Positions 54,910-64,000 of a DNA stretch of 64,000 bases are shown here, piece after piece. The stretch is from Minisyncoccota bacterium (GTDB lineage Bacteria > Patescibacteriota > Minisyncoccia > Phycocordibacterales > UBA918), in assembly GCA_017992505.1 (NCBI GenBank), contig JAGOON010000001.1:2532-66531 (forward strand), in the 5' to 3' direction. The position numbers were made by a program, and so were the translations under genes. Each line of letters begins with the position of its first letter. The first letter of the stretch is position 1. The notes beneath the pieces are model-generated. The model searched no databases, was not told the origin of the DNA, and saw nothing but the letters and a program-made list of their open reading frames with translations.

Positions 54910-57902
54910 ATTTGCCAAACTGAGACCAAATCACAATAATGGCAGTGTTCACTGTCGCATACCACCGCCAACGCCTTACCACCTACAATCTCCTTAGTGA
55001 CTCTAATCAATGTTTCCTTTAGTTCAGCAATCTCTTCATCGGTTATGATAAAGGTCTCTTCTTTGATTACACCATTGGTGTCCGGCTCAACAAATGATAG
55101 TACTCCCGTTCGACAATGAACGCTTGAGTCTTTTTGTAACGAAAGTAAGAGTGCATAAAAAACAAGCTGTCGCTTATAATCACCATCACTACTTGCTGTC
55201 TTACCCTCAATGTGATTTCGAGTCTTTGGTTTGCCGGTTTTGTAATCAATAACCCGTGACAAAACACCATCCTTAAAATCAACACGGTCTAAATTACCAT
55301 TAAGTTTTAATTCTGGGTATTCAGATAATCCCGTTTCCATAAGCGCCTCGAGATGATATTCCGTCTTGCTGTCTTTTAGATTAGTTTGGTGCATATGTGA
55401 TAAATATGCCACTAGCGCATTGGTACCACGCTCATGCAGGCGTACAAATTCTTCGTCTGAGATAGCTTCCTTATCGAGTGATTGCTTAAGCAGCGAAGGT
55501 ACTGTATTCAGCCATTCATCAAGTGTTTCATTACTATGAAAACGAACGAGTACATCAAGGACACCGTGTATTGCTGTTCCGAATTGTAATTCAGTGGTTT
55601 TAATTTGTGGAATACGAAGGACATTACGGAAGAAATATTCCCATGGGCTTTTTAAGTAGTTATTGAGTGCGGTCGGCGAAAGACCTCGCTCACTGAGCAC
55701 TGAGAGCATAATCTCTGTAGCCATGGATTGTGGTAGGGCACCCGAAAATGAATCGAGTGCTGAAAATGATTCGGTGAATGCGGTAGTATCGACGGTTGTT
55801 ATCAAATCAATTGGAACCACTCCCAAGAAACGTGAGGTGAGTTGCTCCTTACCCGAGATAGACATGGTAGCAGAAGTGAATACCAACTTACGCTTGGCAC
55901 GAGTCATTGCTACATAAAAAAGTCTCCGTTCATCTTCTTCTGCCATATCTGTGTCTTTTGTATCGAAGCGGATGATTGGCAAATTAAACAAATCACGAGA
56001 TGTTTTACCCCCCCATGTTTTGTCGGTTACGTGTGGAATATACACTGCCTCATATTCAAGACCTTTTGATTTGTGCGCGGTGAGAACTTGAACAGCTGAT
56101 GTTCCATAAGAGACGAATGGTGCGGGGAGCGGAACGTTATATGTTATATGAAGCGCAAACTGTGTGGCGACATCCGCAAGTGAATCGACCTCTCTTCGCT
56201 CAACCATTCCTTCAACCTCATCATACAAACGACGAAGCACGCGCACCCCTTCCTCGGGGTCGTATTTGAGCACATGTGAGACGAGCCCACTCTCAACCAA
56301 AAGCAACTCCAAGAGCCTGTGTGGTGGTGTAGTGATGGATTTCTTTTGAAGCCCGAGCAAGAGTGGTACCACCTTTCGAACGGCAGCCTCAGCCCCAATA
56401 CCAAGTTCATCAAGAGCCGTATCTGAAGCGAGCAGAGTTCCAAGTGGCTTGCTTCGCGAAACAGCTTTTAGAAGTATCCCTAAGTCTGCCGGTGCAATAT
56501 TCCAAAATGGTTCATGGATAGTTCTGGTCAATAGTGCGTCGTTGGTAGGATTTTGAAGTAAGCACATCAGTCTATTTACACTCCCAAGAAGCGGGTGATC
56601 AAGAATATCACTATCAGCTGACGGAGCTACGGTTATTCCCTTCTTTCGTAAAGCAATAGTAAATTCTTCCACTTCACGATTAGTTCGTACAATGACCGCA
56701 ATCTCCTCTGGTGATACCCCCGATGAAATGTCTGTCTGAATAGAATCAACTAGCCAGTCAAGCTCGATTGCGCTATGGGAAAATTCCGCAACTTCGATGA
56801 GCGCTAAATCGGCGGTCGTAGCAGTAAGTGGAACACGCAATTTCGCTAGTGATTCATCGTCAGTCGCAATTACTTCTTGTGACACATCAAGAATAGACTG
56901 TCCTGAACGATAATTTTCTGTAAGCGAGATGAGTTTTGCGTCAGGAAAAACTTCCTCGAAGTACAAAAAATTTTCAAGTGAGGCTCCTTGGAAACGATAA
57001 ATTGCTTGTTTCTCATCTCCCACCACAAAGAGATTTGGGTGGTCATGAAAATTCACCAGCAATTCAAGAATTTTGTTTTGAGCTCCATTTACATCTTGAT
57101 GTTCGTCAGCAAGCACATAGTGGTATTGCTCCTGTAAATCACGAAGCATTTCTTCGTTGCTTTCAAGCGCATGGACGGTTTCAAGAATCATGTCATCAAA
57201 GTCATAGCGTTTTTTGTCACGAAGGAGTTGTTCATAAAGACGGTATACTTGGAGTAATTCAAAATTTCGTTCAAGATGTTTTTTTGCTTCCTTGTATTCA
57301 CCACGCTCCTTTCCTTTGTGTGCACCCTTATCATGGTACTGATCAATTTCTTGCAGTCCTTGTTCTTGAATTCTAATTGCCGATGCAAAAGCGTCAGGAG
57401 TAACGTTCTCTTGCTTAAGGGTTTGAATTGCTCGCAGAAGTGGCTGCACATAAAAAGAGGGGTCTCCGCTTGGACGAACGGATTTGAAACTAGTATCCAT
57501 TAGAATCTGTTCAATGATTTGAATTCGTTCAATTGTAGACGCGGCTTTCCCTCCAATAATTTTTGGATATGCTTCTGGATAGCGAGACACCAAACTATCA
57601 GCAAGTGCATGGAAGGTGGAAATGTTTACATCGTAGGCTTCATCTCCAATAAGACCATTAAGGCGATTTCGCATCGCCTTAGCACCAGCATCAGTAAAGG
57701 TGATGGCGAGAATATTTGAGGCTTTTGAATCTGTTTGTCTCAGGATGTTCGCAATACGAAGCGTGAGAATTTGTGTCTTCCCTGTTCCTGGGCCAGCGAT
57801 AACCATTACTGGCCCCTCAATCGTATCGACAGCTTCTCTTTGAGCAGTGTTTAACGAGGTATATGCCTCGTTAAATGCCACCCTATCGCCCTGTTTTTTC
57901 AT
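54906..57902 (-). CDS. UvrD/PcrA/AddA-family ATP-dependent DNA helicase with C-terminal PD-(D/E)xK nuclease and Cys cluster
   Basis: Walker A GPGTGKTQ, a UvrD-like helicase core (DEHQDVN Walker B; FTSATMS region) and a C-terminal Cas4/AddB-like nuclease region ending CDSEHCHYCDL. Confidence 0.7.
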   Translation of the reverse strand: MKKQGDRVAFNEAYTSLNTAQREAVDTIEGPVMVIAGPGTGKTQILTLRIANILRQTDSKASNILAITFTDAGAKAMRNRLNGLIGDEAYDVNISTFHALADSLVSRYPEAYPKIIGGKAASTIERIQIIEQILMDTSFKSVRPSGDPSFYVQPLLRAIQTLKQENVTPDAFASAIRIQEQGLQEIDQYHDKGAHKGKERGEYKEAKKHLERNFELLQVYRLYEQLLRDKKRYDFDDMILETVHALESNEEMLRDLQEQYHYVLADEHQDVNGAQNKILELLVNFHDHPNLFVVGDEKQAIYRFQGASLENFLYFEEVFPDAKLISLTENYRSGQSILDVSQEVIATDDESLAKLRVPLTATTADLALIEVAEFSHSAIELDWLVDSIQTDISSGVSPEEIAVIVRTNREVEEFTIALRKKGITVAPSADSDILDHPLLGSVNRLMCLLQNPTNDALLTRTIHEPFWNIAPADLGILLKAVSRSKPLGTLLASDTALDELGIGAEAAVRKVVPLLLGLQKKSITTPPHRLLELLLVESGLVSHVLKYDPEEGVRVLRRLYDEVEGMVERREVDSLADVATQFALHITYNVPLPAPFVSYGTSAVQVLTAHKSKGLEYEAVYIPHVTDKTWGGKTSRDLFNLPIIRFDTKDTDMAEEDERRLFYVAMTRAKRKLVFTSATMSISGKEQLTSRFLGVVPIDLITTVDTTAFTESFSALDSFSGALPQSMATEIMLSVLSERGLSPTALNNYLKSPWEYFFRNVLRIPQIKTTELQFGTAIHGVLDVLVRFHSNETLDEWLNTVPSLLKQSLDKEAISDEEFVRLHERGTNALVAYLSHMHQTNLKDSKTEYHLEALMETGLSEYPELKLNGNLDRVDFKDGVLSRVIDYKTGKPKTRNHIEGKTASSDGDYKRQLVFYALLLSLQKDSSVHCRTGVLSFVEPDTNGVIKEETFIITDEEIAELKETLIRVTKEIVGGKALAVVCDSEHCHYCDLVSVWQI

Positions 57903-58021
57903 ACCTGCCTAGTATACCAAATCCGACACAAAACCCTGTATAAACAAGCTTGCAAAGGGCCTACAGCAGGCGTATATTTTGGGCCGACCTCTGCGCGAGG
58001 TTCTATTAAATAATAATCTTT

Positions 58022-60094
58022 ATGTTAACCATCGGTTCAACGCTCGCGATTTTTCTCATTCTCGGCATTTCGAGCTTGGCACTTTTCTGGGCAAAACGGC
58101 TCAACCTGCCACACACAGTATTACTTGTCATTATCGGTATGGGACTTGGTCTTTTAAGCTACACACATACCTTTGCATTTTTTGGCGAATTCAACCTCAC
58201 CCCAGAGCTACTCTTTTATCTTCTCCTTCCAACTTTAATTTTTGAATCTGCATACAACATCAATGCTAGACGGATGGTGGAAGACGCCCCCATTATTCTT
58301 ATTCTCGCGATCATCGGACTATTGGTATCAACTGGGCTTATAGCGGGTGGACTCTATTACCTCTTGCCATTCCTTGGTATGGAAATTCCGTTTATGGTGG
58401 CTCTCCTTTTTGGAGCGTTGATTTCGGCAACTGACCCAGTAGCAGTACTTGCACTCTTTAAGGAATACGGGGCCCCTCGCCGACTCTCACTTATCTTCGA
58501 AGGCGAAAGCCTCTTCAATGACGCGACAGCAGTCGCACTCTTCCTCATTCTTCTTGAGGTAGCACGCTTCGGTTACCATGGTGTTGATACGATTGTCGAA
58601 GGCACACTCACCTTTCTCTCAATGCTCATCGGTGGTGTTATTTTCGGTATCATCATCGGCGCTGTCTTCGCCAAAATCGTTGGTTGGTCACGCGAAAACG
58701 AAGTCGCTTCAATTACCCTCACCATCGTCCTCGCGCATATAACCTTTATCATGGCTGAACTCCTCTCACACCATCTCGTGATTGGCGGCTTCCACTTCTA
58801 TCTTTCACCAATTATTGCCACCACCATTGCAGCCCTTCTCATGGGTAACTACGGACGGAGCAAGATTCATCCACGCGCCGAGGAATTCGTGGAAAAGCTC
58901 TGGGGTCAGCTCGCTTTCTGGGCCAACTCGCTCATATTCATTCTCATTGGTGTTCTCTTTGTGGGTATTCCAAGTTTGAGTACAGACATGATTATTGTGG
59001 TACTAGTGACTATCCTTGTAGTAGCTATCGCTCGTGCTATTTCTATCTACCCAGTGGTGGAAGCATTTAATGCGTTTGTTGGAAAAGAAACTAAAGTACC
59101 AATGAGTTGGCAACATCTCCTCTCATGGGGATCACTCCGTGGTGCACTTGCAGTCACAATGGTACTGCTTATTCCTGACGACCTTACCTTTGAAGGTTGG
59201 ACACTAGCGCTTTCTCCAAAAGAATTCTTACTCGCACTTACGGTGGGGTGTATTGCCGCGACATTGTTTATAAAAGCCACGACTATTCAGAAGGTGATGA
59301 AAAAACTAAAGCTTGACGTCCTCACAGATATCGAGAAAGTTGAAGCGAAGGAGGCTCGGGCACTCATCCACCACGAGGTGCAAGAACGAATAAAGACATA
59401 CGAGGAACGTGGTTACGTTGATCCTATAGTGGCAGCAAAGCTCTATAAGCAACACCAGGATGAATTCTTGGCTGCATGTGCAGACCTTAACGCACAGGAT
59501 ACAAAAGAGCTTGCCTTACGAGTACTTCGCATGTACGCGGTTGGTATAGAGAAAATGCACCTCAAGCAGCTCTACCACTACAACGAAGTAAACGAGCGGG
59601 TCTTCCGCCGCCTCACTGGCAAGCTTCAACTTCAACTTGAAGCAGTTGAAGTAGGTAATCTTGCGCCAAATATGTCGATTCACTCAGACGGAAAAGACGT
59701 GTTTGAACACATGGCAAATAAATTCCGTGCTATCTTTGAGACAGAAACTGAAGAACAGAAGGTAGACAACAACTACCTTTACTACCGTGCGCAGACTATT
59801 ATTTCTCGAAAAGTGCTTAAGGAGCTACAAACAATTGACACTGACAGTGCAGAGCACATCTTTACCAAAGAAGCGCTGACACACGTGCTTGAGCTCTATA
59901 CCACCTTCAAGAACCAATCTGAAAAGAAGATGAACGAATTAGCATCTGCGCACCCAGAACGCTACCGTGCTCTTTCAGAAAAACTTGCTCTCTACGGCAT
60001 CAACAAAATTGAAGAACACACACTTACTGAACTCTACGAACGACAACTTATTACCCCAAAGCTCTACATCACATTAGCAGAGGAACTGAAGTAA
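58022..60094 (+). CDS. CPA1-family Na+/H+ antiporter (NhaP-type) with cytoplasmic C-terminal domain
   Basis: 12-13 TM with ATDPVAVLALFKE exchanger motif. About 280-aa soluble C-terminal tail. Confidence 0.7.
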   Translation: MLTIGSTLAIFLILGISSLALFWAKRLNLPHTVLLVIIGMGLGLLSYTHTFAFFGEFNLTPELLFYLLLPTLIFESAYNINARRMVEDAPIILILAIIGLLVSTGLIAGGLYYLLPFLGMEIPFMVALLFGALISATDPVAVLALFKEYGAPRRLSLIFEGESLFNDATAVALFLILLEVARFGYHGVDTIVEGTLTFLSMLIGGVIFGIIIGAVFAKIVGWSRENEVASITLTIVLAHITFIMAELLSHHLVIGGFHFYLSPIIATTIAALLMGNYGRSKIHPRAEEFVEKLWGQLAFWANSLIFILIGVLFVGIPSLSTDMIIVVLVTILVVAIARAISIYPVVEAFNAFVGKETKVPMSWQHLLSWGSLRGALAVTMVLLIPDDLTFEGWTLALSPKEFLLALTVGCIAATLFIKATTIQKVMKKLKLDVLTDIEKVEAKEARALIHHEVQERIKTYEERGYVDPIVAAKLYKQHQDEFLAACADLNAQDTKELALRVLRMYAVGIEKMHLKQLYHYNEVNERVFRRLTGKLQLQLEAVEVGNLAPNMSIHSDGKDVFEHMANKFRAIFETETEEQKVDNNYLYYRAQTIISRKVLKELQTIDTDSAEHIFTKEALTHVLELYTTFKNQSEKKMNELASAHPERYRALSEKLALYGINKIEEHTLTELYERQLITPKLYITLAEELK

Positions 60095-60197
60095 AATGTT
60101 TTTAGAAAGGCGCGTCACAAAGACGCGCCTTTTTATTTACAAAAATGACTTTTAATGTATAATACTTCAGGTATCTTCCACAACAAGGACTGTATAA

Positions 60198-60689
60198 ATG
60201 AGTTCAATCCCCATTATTTCTGATGAAGCACTTTTAATCGCACTCGTCAGAAAACTTAGAGTTCAAGAGACCTCCAATCAAAGCGATCAATTGGCCGTGG
60301 GAGGAACACATTTTGACTCACTGTTTGCAACCGCAGTTACCACCTCTCTTTTCAAACAAGAAGCGTTCGACAGTATCATGCGTAAACTCGTCCTTGATGG
60401 GACGCTCGTACTTACAGGACGACTTTCTTTCCATGACGGAGAGGATCGGAAGATTAAAAATTCGGAGCATGGGCGTATCACAACACTTCACCCCGAAGGA
60501 CCCACACTCGAACATCAGTTCTTTACAGAAAACTGGACTCCGATAATCGCACATCGAAGCAAAGAGACAAATCGTCGACTCTACCCGCTCGACAACATGT
60601 CATACTACCGTCTTAAAATCATGATGGTATATATTGCCTCTGACGGACTACCGACTGTGGACACTCCAGTCATTTACCCCGTCACCTGA
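60198..60689 (+). CDS. Hypothetical protein
   Basis: 163-aa ORF with its own terminator. No recognisable motifs. Confidence 0.35.
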   Translation: MSSIPIISDEALLIALVRKLRVQETSNQSDQLAVGGTHFDSLFATAVTTSLFKQEAFDSIMRKLVLDGTLVLTGRLSFHDGEDRKIKNSEHGRITTLHPEGPTLEHQFFTENWTPIIAHRSKETNRRLYPLDNMSYYRLKIMMVYIASDGLPTVDTPVIYPVT

Positions 60690-60695
60690 CGGCAT

Positions 60696-60732
60696 AAAAA
60701 ATCGCGACCCTTGCAGGTCGCGATTTCTTTTT
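60696..60732. terminator. Bidirectional terminator
   Basis: AAAAAATCGCGACC-cttgcag-GTCGCGATTTCTTTTT. Confidence 0.75.
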
Positions 60733-60735
60733 ATC

Positions 60736-62136
60736 TTAGTAAGATTTCAGTCTGCGAGCCTTATCGTGTTGTCGGATTTTTTCCAAGGCTTTTGCTTCAA
60801 TCTGACGGATACGTTCGCGGGTCACGCCAAATTCCTTTCCTACCTCTTCAAGTGTGTGGTATGTACCATCTAGAAGTCCGTGACGCATCTCAAGAATCTT
60901 ACGTTCCTTCTCAGACAAGGTGTCGAGAATTTCCATAATTTGATCCGTGAGAATACTGTGTGCAACTTCTTGGTCTGGTGAAATAATCTTGTCGTCTGAG
61001 ATAAAGTCAGAGAGTCGTGAACGATCGTCATCGTCTCCAACGGGAAGTTCAAGTGAGATGGTGTCCTGGGAAATCTTTTCGATTTGATAAATCTTTTCAA
61101 CTTCAACATTCATTTCAGTAGCGATTTCTTCTGGCATCGGATCGCGACCGAGGTCTTGCGCGAGACGTCGAGAAACCTGCTTATACTTTGCCATCGTTTC
61201 TACCATGTGTACTGGAATACGAATCGTTCGTGACTGATCAGCAAGTGCGCGGGTAATCGCTTGGCGAATCCACCACGTTGCGTAGGTAGAAAACTTAAAA
61301 CCTTTGGTGAAGTCGAATTTATCAACCGCTTTGAAAAGACCCAGGTTCCCTTCTTGAATGAGGTCAAGGAGTGTCAAATCTGGTGAACGTCCGACGTACT
61401 TCTTGGCGATTGAAACCACAAGACGCAGGTTGGCGCGAGCGAGGAGGTTACGAGCCTCTTCATCACCATCGACGATACGTTTAGCGAGCACACGCTCTTC
61501 GTGAGCGTTAAGAAGTGGGTACTGGCCAATTTCGCGGAGATACATCTGAATTGAGTCGTAGCTTGAATCGCTTCGCTTGAACGCATTCTTTTGTGCGAGA
61601 ATGGCATCACTTGGATCATCGCCGAGCATACCGCCTGAGGCGAGCACATCAATACCCGCGATAGTAAATCGTTCATAGAGCACATCGAGGAATTCGACAT
61701 CCTTTTCAATTTCTGGGAATGAACGGAGGAGCTCGTCATGTGTGACGTACCCACGAGTCTTTCCCATTTGCATCAAATCAGCCGCCTTAGCTTCAAGTAG
61801 TTTTTCACTTCGAGTAAGCGCACGTGGTGGGGCTACTTTTTTTGGAACCTCCTTCTTTGGTACGACTGTTTTTTTGGCAACTGGTTTTACTACTTTTTTA
61901 GCGACAATTTTCTTCGAGACTTTTTTAGGTACAGCTTTTACCGCTTTTTTAGGAGCGGTCTTTTTTGGTGCAGCTTTTTTAACTAGCTTCTTTGCTGGCG
62001 TCTTTTTGGCGACAGCTTTTTTAGCAACGGCTTTTTTGGCTACTGGAGCCTTCTTCACGGTTGCTTTTTTTATTGGTTTAACGGCTTTTTTTACCGCTTT
62101 TTTGACAACTTTTTTTGTGGCCTTTTTGGTTGCCAT
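60736..62136 (-). CDS. rpoD: RNA polymerase sigma-70 factor RpoD with a Lys/Ala/Val/Pro-rich histone-H1-like N-terminal tail
   Basis: Regions 1.2 to 4 are present ([11 protein letters not shown]; [14 protein letters not shown]; region 4 [20 protein letters not shown]). The N-terminal ~100 aa are KKAVKK-type repeats. Confidence 0.85.
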   Translation of the reverse strand: MATKKATKKVVKKAVKKAVKPIKKATVKKAPVAKKAVAKKAVAKKTPAKKLVKKAAPKKTAPKKAVKAVPKKVSKKIVAKKVVKPVAKKTVVPKKEVPKKVAPPRALTRSEKLLEAKAADLMQMGKTRGYVTHDELLRSFPEIEKDVEFLDVLYERFTIAGIDVLASGGMLGDDPSDAILAQKNAFKRSDSSYDSIQMYLREIGQYPLLNAHEERVLAKRIVDGDEEARNLLARANLRLVVSIAKKYVGRSPDLTLLDLIQEGNLGLFKAVDKFDFTKGFKFSTYATWWIRQAITRALADQSRTIRIPVHMVETMAKYKQVSRRLAQDLGRDPMPEEIATEMNVEVEKIYQIEKISQDTISLELPVGDDDDRSRLSDFISDDKIISPDQEVAHSILTDQIMEILDTLSEKERKILEMRHGLLDGTYHTLEEVGKEFGVTRERIRQIEAKALEKIRQHDKARRLKSY

Positions 62137-62171
62137 AATGCCCCCAACTATACAGAAAAACCTTAAAAAGT

Positions 62172-63971
62172 CTAGTCCTTTTTACCACTGAAGAATTCCG
62201 GTGTGTATGGTGGCAATTTTCGCCTCTGATGGAGAAGATTGGTCTTTTCTAGAGTCGCATGGTACATCTCTTCATCTCCGGTTGCCTGTGCCTCATCAAG
62301 AAGCTGTCGGTGCATCGCCAACTGCCTACGAGTGAGCCCGTCACGAAACTGATTTAATCGCGCTACCACCTCTTCTTCGATTGCCTGCTTCGGTAACTTG
62401 CCAAATTGCTGTTCAAGTGAAAAAGTAACACCAGCTAACTCTGATTCTTCTATAGATATCTCATCTTCATCAGAAAGCAACGCTTCGATGGTTTCTTTAA
62501 GCCTCGCTGAGGACGACTCTTCAAGCACTTCAACCGCGCCACGAAGATACAGATAGACACTTCGCACTGGATCTGGCTTTTCTTGACCTTGTCGTACCAC
62601 CTCTTCAACAAGTTCACGATGCGAGAGTGGTCCTTGTTTGGTTTCCTCTCTCAGTCGCTCCACCTCAAAGCGGACAGCATCAGTGGTGCTGTGTATTGCT
62701 TTAGCTACAACACCAATGAAGTGTTCTTGGTCAATGCGATCTGGGAGTAGGAGTAGAAACGGAAGAATTTCGCTGCGGGTACGGCGTTTGAGACTTCGTT
62801 CGTCATCTTCTTCACGAGTAAGAACATGGAGAAGGAACTCAATCACATGAACTGACTTCCCTACGATTTGTTTAAATTGCGCTACGTCTTCTTTAATAAT
62901 ATCTGCAGGGTCTTTTCCTAGTGGCATTTCTGCAACCTTCACATCAACACCTCGTCTGAGCATCAAATCCGCCGCACGCTTCATAGCTGCTATTCCTGCT
63001 CTATCGGCATCAAGTGCAAGTACTACGCGGTCCGAAAGACGCTCCAGAAGCTGTACATGGTGCAACGTAAGTGCAGTTCCTGATACCGCCACCGTATTGC
63101 TGTACCCCGCTTGATGCGCCATCACCACATCAAACTGCCCTTCCACAATAAGTGAGAAGTTAAACTGACGAATGCCCTGCCGAGCTTTGTCATAGCCGAA
63201 AAGGAGTTCTGATTTTTTGTATAGTTCGGTTTCAGGAGAGTTTACGTATTTAGGAGCATCACTGTCCTTACTAAGAATACGCCCCGAGAACGCGACAATT
63301 TTTCCGTTCTGGTCAGCCATCGGAAACATGATGCGATCGCGAAAGACATCAAAAGGTTCCTTGCCTCCCCCAGCACTTTTGATAAGTCCTACTTTGAAGA
63401 GTTCTTCGTTTGTATACCCCTTACTCACAAGATGATCTTTCACGACTCGCCAACCATGTGTTGGTGGCCCAGGCGCAAAACCAATCTGCCATTTCAGGAG
63501 GGTCGCTTTGGTAACGCCACGGTTCTCAAGGTACTCAAGCGCCACAGGCTCCTTGTCTAGTGCGCTAACATAGAATGCAGTTGCATCGTGCATCGCTGCA
63601 TACCACCGTTCACGCTCGGTCTTTTTCTTTGGATCTTCGGCGACCAATTCCACTCCTGCTTTCTCAGCCAGTATCTTAAGCGACTCCTTAAAGTCCACCC
63701 CTTCCATTGTCTGAATGAAGGTAAACATATCGCCACCTTGCGAAGTTGAGAAGCAGTAGTACATACCCCGATCTGGTGAGACATAGAAAGACGGCGTCTT
63801 CTCCGCAGTAAATGGCGACTTCCCCTTAAAGTTCTTCCCCGCCCGATGCAACTCCACATACGGCGAAATCACATCGAGAATACTTAGCCTGTCTTTGATT
63901 TGCTGAATCGAGTCGCTCATACTTGCCGTGTAGCTGACTTTAGCCAGCTGTGTGGTGTCAGTAGTATACAA
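62172..63971 (-). CDS. dnaG: DNA primase
   Basis: CHC2 zinc finger ([13 protein letters not shown]), an RNA-polymerase domain and Toprim (LIVEGQFDV; ALDADRAG). Classic dnaG-rpoD arrangement. Confidence 0.85.
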   Translation of the reverse strand: MYTTDTTQLAKVSYTASMSDSIQQIKDRLSILDVISPYVELHRAGKNFKGKSPFTAEKTPSFYVSPDRGMYYCFSTSQGGDMFTFIQTMEGVDFKESLKILAEKAGVELVAEDPKKKTERERWYAAMHDATAFYVSALDKEPVALEYLENRGVTKATLLKWQIGFAPGPPTHGWRVVKDHLVSKGYTNEELFKVGLIKSAGGGKEPFDVFRDRIMFPMADQNGKIVAFSGRILSKDSDAPKYVNSPETELYKKSELLFGYDKARQGIRQFNFSLIVEGQFDVVMAHQAGYSNTVAVSGTALTLHHVQLLERLSDRVVLALDADRAGIAAMKRAADLMLRRGVDVKVAEMPLGKDPADIIKEDVAQFKQIVGKSVHVIEFLLHVLTREEDDERSLKRRTRSEILPFLLLLPDRIDQEHFIGVVAKAIHSTTDAVRFEVERLREETKQGPLSHRELVEEVVRQGQEKPDPVRSVYLYLRGAVEVLEESSSARLKETIEALLSDEDEISIEESELAGVTFSLEQQFGKLPKQAIEEEVVARLNQFRDGLTRRQLAMHRQLLDEAQATGDEEMYHATLEKTNLLHQRRKLPPYTPEFFSGKKD

Positions 63972-64000
63972 GACGGTTTAAGTTTGAGCGAAATCATTGA

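Noticed and set aside
1-64000. Alternative genetic code (UGA recoding as in Gracilibacteria/Absconditabacteria) or CRISPR/mobile elements
   Set aside because: Long housekeeping ORFs (ftsI, pbp2, lysK, dnaG, the helicase) are intact with UGA as stop, so code 11 fits. No direct-repeat/spacer arrays, transposase, integrase or phage genes were seen. This holds even next to tRNA-Asn.

Overview
This 64-kb window looks like a compact, gene-dense chromosomal segment with about 47% GC and the standard genetic code. The gene content resembles a small-genome, Patescibacteria/CPR-like bacterium: class I LysRS, an HTH-MurA fusion, a class I aldolase, many start codons sitting directly behind a -10 box, and short Rho-independent hairpins at gene ends.

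Most of the window is housekeeping:
- A dcw cell-division cluster (mraZ, rsmH, ftsL, ftsI, a MurF-like ligase).
- An mreB-mreC-mreD-pbp2 rod-shape operon.
- Translation and replication genes: proS, rseP, frr, a holB-like gene, lysK (class I), greA, hisS, def-fmt, truB, rpmG, prmC, hpf, a PriA-like protein, mutM, ung, dnaG-rpoD, and tRNA-Asn(GTT).
- Metal and redox genes: DUF305, a Fur-family regulator, a ZIP transporter, bcp, an HxlR regulator with an FMN reductase, a glutaredoxin, and DsbA.
- Transporters: ClC, NhaP, an ArsB/NhaD-like permease, and an ABC-2 pair.
- Cell-wall enzymes: an L,D-transpeptidase, an Rpf-like transglycosylase, a CAP protein, and UppP.

Four things stand out:
1. An uncharacterised three-gene minus-strand module at about 18.3-24.2 kb. 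It encodes a soluble 944-aa TraG/VirD4-family (TraG-D_C-like) P-loop ATPase with a roughly 480-aa N-terminal domain of unknown function. Its stop overlaps the start (ATGA) of a very acidic 508-aa protein, which is followed by a Pro/Ala/Val/Gln-rich 477-aa protein. Upstream lie a perfect GGCGCGCC-AAA-GGCGCGCC palindrome and a second MreB paralogue.
2. A diverged pair of roughly 80-nt intergenic elements sitting immediately 3' of greA and of the module's last gene.
3. A flavinylation locus: two paralogous FMN-binding-domain proteins and an ApbE flavin transferase, divergent from a membrane-anchored FNR-like oxidoreductase.
4. A PriA homologue lacking Walker A/DEAH motifs, an XRE-HTH-MurA fusion with an upstream palindrome, and a 17-bp perfect inverted repeat bracketing a TACAAT hexamer in front of mraZ.

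No CRISPR array, transposase or integrase was seen.
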